Shown here: positions 55,939-64,000 of the stretch, piece by piece
Layout of the letters: each line of letters starts with the position of its first letter
How positions within the stretch are numbered: the first letter of the stretch is position 1
Assembly (NCBI GenBank): GCA_964016885.1
Contig: OZ024756.1
Location: 22,816,001-22,880,000, forward strand
DNA: 64,000 nt
Reading direction: 5' to 3'
DNA from: Eledone cirrhosa
Taxonomy: Eukaryota
Program-made: the position numbers and the translations under genes
The notes under the pieces: model-generated
Told to the model about the DNA's origin: nothing
What the model saw: only the letters and a program-made list of their open reading frames with translations
Database searches by the model: none

Positions 55939-56629
55939 CGAAACGGCCGAGGCTCAGCCGTCGGGGTCCTAACTCTCTCTCTATATATATATATGCAAAA
56001 AGCAAATGGAAGCAACAGAGCAAACAACACATTACAATGAAAAATATATTAGTTAATCGCTTGATATAATAGGAAAAGTCTTTACGTTTCGAGAGATAGT
56101 ATGAGGAATAAAAAATCAAGAGAAAACGTTTTTTGAGGGGTTTTTTTAGAAAAAACACGTGTGTATTCAGAGGTGTAGCCTGTATATATTTTAGAATTAT
56201 CACTTCGCTTCACTTAATCCACTATACTAATAGGGGGGATTCTTCGCCGGATACCGTCGTCAAATGCAGCTCGTTGGGCCCATTAACCTCCGGTCTTTTT
56301 TAAATATAGACACATTGAATAATGAGCTAATATGTATAGCATTTGTACGAGATATTGATTGAATTTTACATCTGTTTCATTTTAAAGAAAGGAATATTGA
56401 TAAATATAAATAAAAATATTTCCCTTTGTCACAAAATGTTGCTATATTCAAAACTATATTTATAATATTTAAGTAACAAAGCAATGTTAAGAATCAATCC
56501 CCCCCCCCCCCCAATACCACCGCGGTGTATTAAAAAGTTGTTTTATTATTGATTTGTATTTATTTATTTGAGTCATTGAATGTTATTTCCACTATATATT
56601 TTCAAAATTTGTATTCATTTCATTGTTTT

Positions 56630-57032
56630 GGGCAGAATCGGAGAACATGCTTAGCGGCATAGAGTTACGGTCCTATATGTTCTGAATTCGAATCCCGCCG
56701 AGGTTAACTTTCCCTTTCTTCCTTACGGAGTCGATAAAATAAAATACCAGTCAGGCACTGGGTCGATTTAATCGACTTTCCCCTCCCCCCAAATTGATGG
56801 CGTTCTGCCTATATAAGAAACCATTATTTTTGGCAGAATCCGTAGAGCGTCGGACAATATACTTAGCAGTATAGAGTTATGGTCCTTTATGTTCTGGACT
56901 CAAATCCCGCCGAGATAAGCTTTGCCCTTCATCCTTACGGGGTCGCTAAAATAAAGTACCAGTAATGCACTGGAGTTGACTTAATCGATTTCCTTTTCCC
57001 CAAAAATGTTTGGCCTAGTGCCTATATAAGAA
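56630..57032 (+). mobile_element. Two SINE family B copies in tandem
   Basis: Two ggcagaatc...aatcccgccgag...taccagt...gcctatataagaaa units. Confidence 0.8.
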
Positions 57033-57056
57033 AGAGTAACTAAAAATCGTACTTCA

Positions 57057-57145
57057 TTGTTTCTGAGTACAATGATCGATCTCAAATATCGACATTAAAT
57101 ATACGTGATGACGTAACCAATAAGTCTGAAACGATCGTAAAACAA
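57057..57145 (+). ncRNA. Decayed hammerhead motif (G8 lost)
   Basis: ttgttt CTGAGTA ... GAAA cgatcg TA aaacaa. Stem I is 6 bp. Confidence 0.4.
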
Positions 57146-57227
57146 AGTTTTCTCAACAACATATATCTGACCTTTTTATTGTTTTCATTGCCCAAAATAT
57201 ACATATTTTTTTAATGACTCTGTAGCC

Positions 57228-57385
57228 CAGAGGTCGCCAACCTTTCGGACCTCAAGGACCACTAAATTCATAAATCTAAATCCCACGGGCCATTAATATG
57301 ATTTATTTTTTATAGATAAATACATTTAAATTTTTCTGCGGACCATCAAAAGATTCTCTCTCGGACCACTGGTTGGCGACTGCTG
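57228..57385. mobile_element. hAT (Charlie-like) MITE
   Basis: TIRs cagaggtcgccaacc / ggttggcgactgctg, with an imperfect 8-bp TSD ctgtagcc / ccgtagac. Confidence 0.7.
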
Positions 57386-58018
57386 CCGTAGACGGTATAG
57401 ATTCTTCTAGGAAACCTAAAGCGAGAGGTGACAACCCCAAAAACATAGGTCCTGAAAGCATTACCTTGATAAATCTCTCACTAGAACGCTGCATTGAGTT
57501 CTATTCACATTATCTGCCCCAACTTAAATAGGCGTACACCGATTGTAGTTTATACGTATATGTGTGTGTCCGTGTGTGTGTGTGTGTGTATGTGTGTGTG
57601 TGTGTGTATGTGTGTGTGTGTAAAGTTGCGCACGCAAATAAGAAAATACGTGGGACGAATGAACAAAATCTCGAATGAACAAAATCTATTTTCCTCATCA
57701 GACATGCTGCATGTATATATATATATATATGTATGTATATATATATATATATATACATACATGTATATATGCATACATAGATATACACGTATATATACAA
57801 ACATAGATATACAGGTATATCTATGTTTGTATATATACATGTATATCTATGTATGCATATATACATGTATGTGTATATATATATATATATACACACATAC
57901 ATGTATATATGCATACATAGATATACATGTATATATACAAACATAGATATACATGTATATACACATATATATATATACATGTATATACATATATATATAT
58001 ATATATACATGTATATAC

Positions 58019-58049
<31 letters not shown>

Positions 58050-58062
58050 CATACATATATAT

Positions 58063-58107
<45 letters not shown>

Positions 58108-58387
58108 CATACATAGATAGATATAGATATACATCCATATATATATATAACTAAAATATATATATACATACCTACAATATATATATATATATATATATAC
58201 ATATACACCCACAACTATTGTGTATATACTGTATAGATGCTCTTAAACTGTACGCAAGCATACAGGCGAGATGTTGGTCAACGCTCGGATGAATATCTTT
58301 GTATAATAACAGATACTCATATGCATATGTATATATACATATACATACTCTCACACACACGCACACGTACACCTACACACACCTACT

Positions 58388-58420
<33 letters not shown>

Positions 58421-58744
58421 TACACACATTGACATACACCCACCCCATATAAACACTGGTTTTCCAATTACTCGAACACGGAACCTCGTTCTTCTCCCAA
58501 ACTCTCACACTCACATACATACATACACACACACAGCACCTTCCACCCTCCCTGCTAGGACCCCCTGTTTCCTTCTCCCCTCCACCCCCACCCCTCCATC
58601 CACCCACCACTACCTCTACACGCCTCACACCCTTCGTCCACTTGTTTTCATTTGAAATTTTTTTCCTTCCTTTTAATTCCCCCCCCCCCCTTTTTAATGT
58701 CTTTCCCCCCCACTGCCCCTCGGAACCCTCTTCCGTCGCACTTT

Positions 58745-58780
58745 TCTACTGATGAAGGGCTTATGCCCGAAACGTCATAC
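58745..58780 (+). ncRNA. Minimal type I hammerhead motif (family of 8120)
   Basis: CTGATGA a gggc ttat gccc GAAA cg TC. Stem I is not conserved. Confidence 0.6.
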
Positions 58781-58867
58781 CGTACCCCCCCACTCTCAAA
58801 CGTGAACCTAATACCACACTATTCGTACCGCACTCTATGTTATTGTTTTTCACTTGTTTTTCTCTCG

Positions 58868-58907
<40 letters not shown>

Positions 58908-58911
<4 letters not shown>

Positions 58912-59103
58912 ATATATAAACGGCTTCTACGGGACTAGAACTGTTTCATCCGGGGGGGGGGGGGGGGGATCAACAGGAAGCTGAATGAAACAATTCTAGT
59001 CCTGTAGAAGCCGTTTATATATTAAATATTTATACACTGCTATATATATATATATTGAGTACCGTATTTAAAGTGGTTACCCCTGATTGAACCCGGTATA
59101 AAC
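58908..59103. mobile_element. Diverged fold-back relative of 31455/35672 with decayed HHR at 58923-58981 (-)
   Basis: Reverse complement: gcttc CTGTTGA tcc..ggat GAAA cag ttctagtc ccg TA gaagc. The tail is ttgagtacc..gtggttacc..gattgaacccgg. Confidence 0.7.
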
Positions 59104-59138
<35 letters not shown>

Positions 59139-59378
59139 CGTATATATATTGAAAAATAAATACTGGGTGCCGATCCAGAGAGCTGCAATGTTTATATGTA
59201 AGCTGCGTGTGTTAATTCTGATAATGCGTGGGGGGGGGGGGGGGGGCGATTGAATTTATGATTTCCGATAATCTAGTCATCGAAATGTCGATCGATTGCT
59301 ACACACAGACACAGACACACAGTCACTCACTCACTCACTCTTCTCTGTAGTGTGACTCACGCCTACACAACGTTTTAT

Positions 59379-59446
<68 letters not shown>

Positions 59447-59700
59447 TATATACATATATATACATATATATACATATACATATATATATATATACATATA
59501 TATACATATATATATATACATATATATACATATATATTCTATTCTATTCTAAGGCGGGTAAAATTCCCAGAATTAGCCGTCGAAACGGCTTGAGCTCAGC
59601 CGTCGGGGTCTTACTCGTTCCTATTACCCGCTCTACTACCCTAAGTATTGAGTACTCTGGTGCGTTATGGTCCATCTGGTTCCTTACCACATTTCCTTCG

Positions 59701-59847
<147 letters not shown>

Positions 59848-60153
59848 CAATAGTATATATGTTCTTATTTAACATGTATAAATTATGTGGAATGACACCC
59901 AGAAATATTTTTCGATAGATTGACAATATATAGGCGAGAGGGGGTAATGAGGAGGTGGGTGGTGTTGGGTTGGGTTGCTCCAGTGTGGCCTCATGCCACC
60001 GGCTGGAACATGTTCAAAGAAACGTATACACACGGGAAGTTTTACCAAAGCGCCATGTTCTACTGAGTGATACACGTAACATGCGCCATACGTAAAGCAC
60101 TGACAGGTATGATGTGTTCTACGTAACATACACGCACATACATATACACCTAA

Positions 60154-60209
<56 letters not shown>

Positions 60210-60503
60210 TTATGTATATATATACATGTATGTATGTATATATATATATATATACATAGATGTATGTATATATATATATGTATATATGTATGTATATATA
60301 TACATACATATATGTATATATGTATGTATATATCTACATACATATATGTATGTATATATATATATATGTATATATATACATACATATATGTATATATATA
60401 TACATACATATATGTATATATGTACGTATATATATACATACATATATGTATATATGTATGTATATATATACATACATATATGTATATATATATATATATA
60501 TGT

Positions 60504-60568
<65 letters not shown>

Positions 60569-60695
60569 TATATATATATATATATAATGTATGGAAGTAT
60601 GTTTATATACATATATAATGTATATATATATAATGTATATATATATATATATATAATGTATATATATATAATATATGGAAGTATGTATATATATA

Positions 60696-60800
60696 CAGGG
60701 TGTCACCCAAAAATGTATACACACTTCAACAGCATTCTACAGAAAATTGCCTGTACAGGTATTCAAAGTGTGCATATATATTTTTTTTTGTGACGCCCTG
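60696..60800. mobile_element. Tc1/mariner-type MITE
   Basis: TA-cagggtgtcac..aaaaatgtatacacactt / aagtgtgcatatatatttt..gtgacgccctg-TA. Confidence 0.75.
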
Positions 60801-61659
60801 TATATATATATACAGAGAGAGAGAAAGAGAGAGAGACCACTATATACACATATACACACGTTGTTCCACACGACAAGAGTGTGTATAATTAAGTATCAGC
60901 CCCTGTGGAAAAACATACACACACACATACACACACACTTATACATACACTCACACATACATACACACGCAAACACTTGTACATACATACACTCACACAT
61001 ATATACATATATACACGCAAACACACTCACACATACATACATACATGAATTTATATATACATTCACACATATATAAATACACACACAATCACACTTATAC
61101 ATACATGAACTTATACAAACATGCATACATTCACATATATATGAATACACACACAATCACACACATACATACATACATACATACATACATACATACATAC
61201 ATACATACATACATACATACATACATACATACATGAACTTATACATACATACATTCACATATAAATACACACACAATCACACATATACATACATACATAC
61301 ATACATGAACTTATACATACATACATTCACACATATAATTACACACACAATCACACTTATACATATATACATACATACATACATACACTCACACATATAT
61401 ACATACACAGACAATCACACATATATATACATACATACATACATAAGCGTATACATAGATGCATACACTCATACATATACATATACACGCAAACTCACTC
61501 ACACATACATACATACACACAGACTCACACATACATATATAGACCAATAGAGAGAGAGAGAGAGAGAGACTGACTTAGAGTGACAACACAGCATGTGTGT
61601 ATATAATTAAGAAGATATATTCCCAATATACAAAGAGTGGGAAAGGCCGATACACAGAC

Positions 61660-61985
61660 AAACACACAATACAACACAACACAACACAACAGAACACACA
61701 CAAGACAACACAACACAACACAACACAACACAACAGAACACACACAAGACAACACAACACAACACAACACAACACAACAGAACACACACAAGACAACACA
61801 ACACAACACAACACAACACAACAGAACACACACAAGACAACACAACACAACACAACACAACACAACAGAACACACACAAGACAACACGACACAACACAAC
61901 ACAACACAACAGAACACACACAAGACAACACAACACTACACAACACAACACAACACAACACACACAAGACAACACAACACTACAC
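61660..61985. repeat. (CAACA)n with ~44-bp higher-order unit
   Basis: gaacacacacaaga recurs about every 44 bp. Confidence 0.9.
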
Positions 61986-62117
61986 GCATCGATAGTAACA
62001 GAAACACGTAAGTGGTAAAGCGACGCTCAAGATAGTGTACGCAGCGAAAAAATATTAAAATATTTAAAAAACGTTTAAATTATATATATATATATATTTA
62101 TATACATATATATATAC

Positions 62118-62162
<45 letters not shown>

Positions 62163-62569
62163 CATATATATATACATATATATATACATATATATATATA
62201 CATATATATATAAATGAAGTAATTCCGTCGGAAAAGTCCAGGAAAAACGAGTGCTCTATGTAGGTAACAGTACATATATATTTATACATAGATATATATA
62301 CATAGATATATATATACATAGATATATATATACATAGATATATATACATAGATATATATATACATACATATATATATACATACATATATATATATATACA
62401 TACATATATATATACATATATATATATATACATATATATATACATATATATATATCTTTAAAGCGATGAAATGCCTAGGACGGTTGGATGGCCACTGATG
62501 AAGGACTTACTTTTTCATATATATATATATACATATATACATATATATATATACATACATACATTTATA

Positions 62570-62601
<32 letters not shown>

Positions 62602-62798
62602 CAAATATATATACATACACATATATATACATACATATATACATACACATATATATACATACACACATATATATATATATACATACACATATATATACAT
62701 ATATATACATATACATATATATATATATATATACATAAAGGGCGGTGCCCCAGCATGGCCTCAGCCGGATGGCTAGATCATGTAAAAGAGGAAAATAG

Positions 62799-62831
<33 letters not shown>

Positions 62832-63201
62832 CACAAAAGAATACCAAAATCGGGAACAATATACAATATACAACACATGATATATAGTGACAAAATTATG
62901 CGGTATTTTTATAAGTAAATGTTATTGCAGAAATTAAATTATAAGCCAGTTGTTGAGATATGATAGATATGTGACAATAATTGATAGGTGAAGTGGTGGC
63001 TAAAATGCCGTTACAGTTCCTGTTCTTTACACTGATGTTTATTATGTATATTGCCGCACTCTCGCGCAACAGGTACGCACCGAGTGTTCAGGTGACCGGG
63101 TTGTGATAAGGAACAGCTAAGTGATAACGCTGTTGTGAGCTCAGGTTGCCTTTGTCAGCTCTACCGGCGGTGTTGTTTACATATATATATATATATATGT
63201 A

Positions 63202-63266
<65 letters not shown>

Positions 63267-63310
63267 GCATTCATGTATATATTTATATATATATATAAAT
63301 ACCTGTGTAC

Positions 63311-63362
<52 letters not shown>

Positions 63363-63397
63363 TCGTGTATACATTTATATATATAAATACCTGTGTA

Positions 63398-63436
<39 letters not shown>

Positions 63437-63532
63437 TATTTATATATATAAATACCTGTGTAAACACACGTGTGTATATATATATATATATATACATTCA
63501 TGTATACATTTATATATATAAATACCTGTGTA

Positions 63533-63571
<39 letters not shown>

Positions 63572-63596
63572 TTTATATATATAAATACCTGTGTAA

Positions 63597-63645
<49 letters not shown>

Positions 63646-63675
63646 TGTATACATTTATATATATAAATACCTGTC

Positions 63676-63732
<57 letters not shown>

Positions 63733-63809
63733 ACAGGGAGAAAGAGACAATTATTAGGAAGAAAAATATTTGTTTTCCCTTTTTATTTATTTCTCTCTTT
63801 TTTGGGGGT

Positions 63810-63839
<30 letters not shown>

Positions 63840-63840
<1 letters not shown>

Positions 63841-63985
63841 TCATATATATAAATATCTGTATATATATATTCATATATATAAATATCTGTATATATATAT
63901 TCATATATATAAATATCTGTATATATATATTCATATATATAAATATCTGTATATATATATATTTATATATATAAATATCTGTATA
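63840..63985. repeat. 30-bp AT-rich tandem repeat, about 5 copies
   Basis: Unit tcatatatataaatatctgtatatatatat. Confidence 0.9.
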
Positions 63986-64000
63986 TATATATATATATAT

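Noticed and set aside
62490-62515. CTGATGAaggactt
   Set aside because: Only the 5' half is present before a TA tract, with no GAAA or stem III.

Overview
This is AT-rich, repeat-dense eukaryotic (animal) non-coding DNA. The SINE, RTE and microsatellite content suggests an octopus/cephalopod genome, which is an inference. I find no intact protein-coding gene: almost all listed ORFs are translations of (TA)n/(CA)n/(GA)n microsatellites or minisatellites. Recognisable content includes two tRNA-type SINE families, decayed RTE LINE fragments, an RTE-related non-autonomous retroposon with a (TGTA)n tail, a mariner transposase relic, hAT and Tc1/mariner MITEs, an R4/Dong-like endonuclease relic, a tRNA-Phe pseudogene and several minisatellites. 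The main signal is about 25-30 type I hammerhead ribozyme (HHR) motifs (stem I - CUGANGA - stem II - GAAA - stem III - UH - stem I') from more than 10 unrelated short element families. Nearly all sit in 100-550 bp islands between (TA)n tracts, and many islands are fold-back palindromes whose turn lies at or just 5' of the ribozyme. Across families they share palindromic stem III sequences, a downstream AATAAA and a TTGAGT(A/G/T)C motif near the 3' end. One family has a compensated U3-A8 core. This fits TA-microsatellite-targeting Penelope-like retroelement termini or retrozyme-like elements. All structures were read by eye and coordinates may be off by a few bases.
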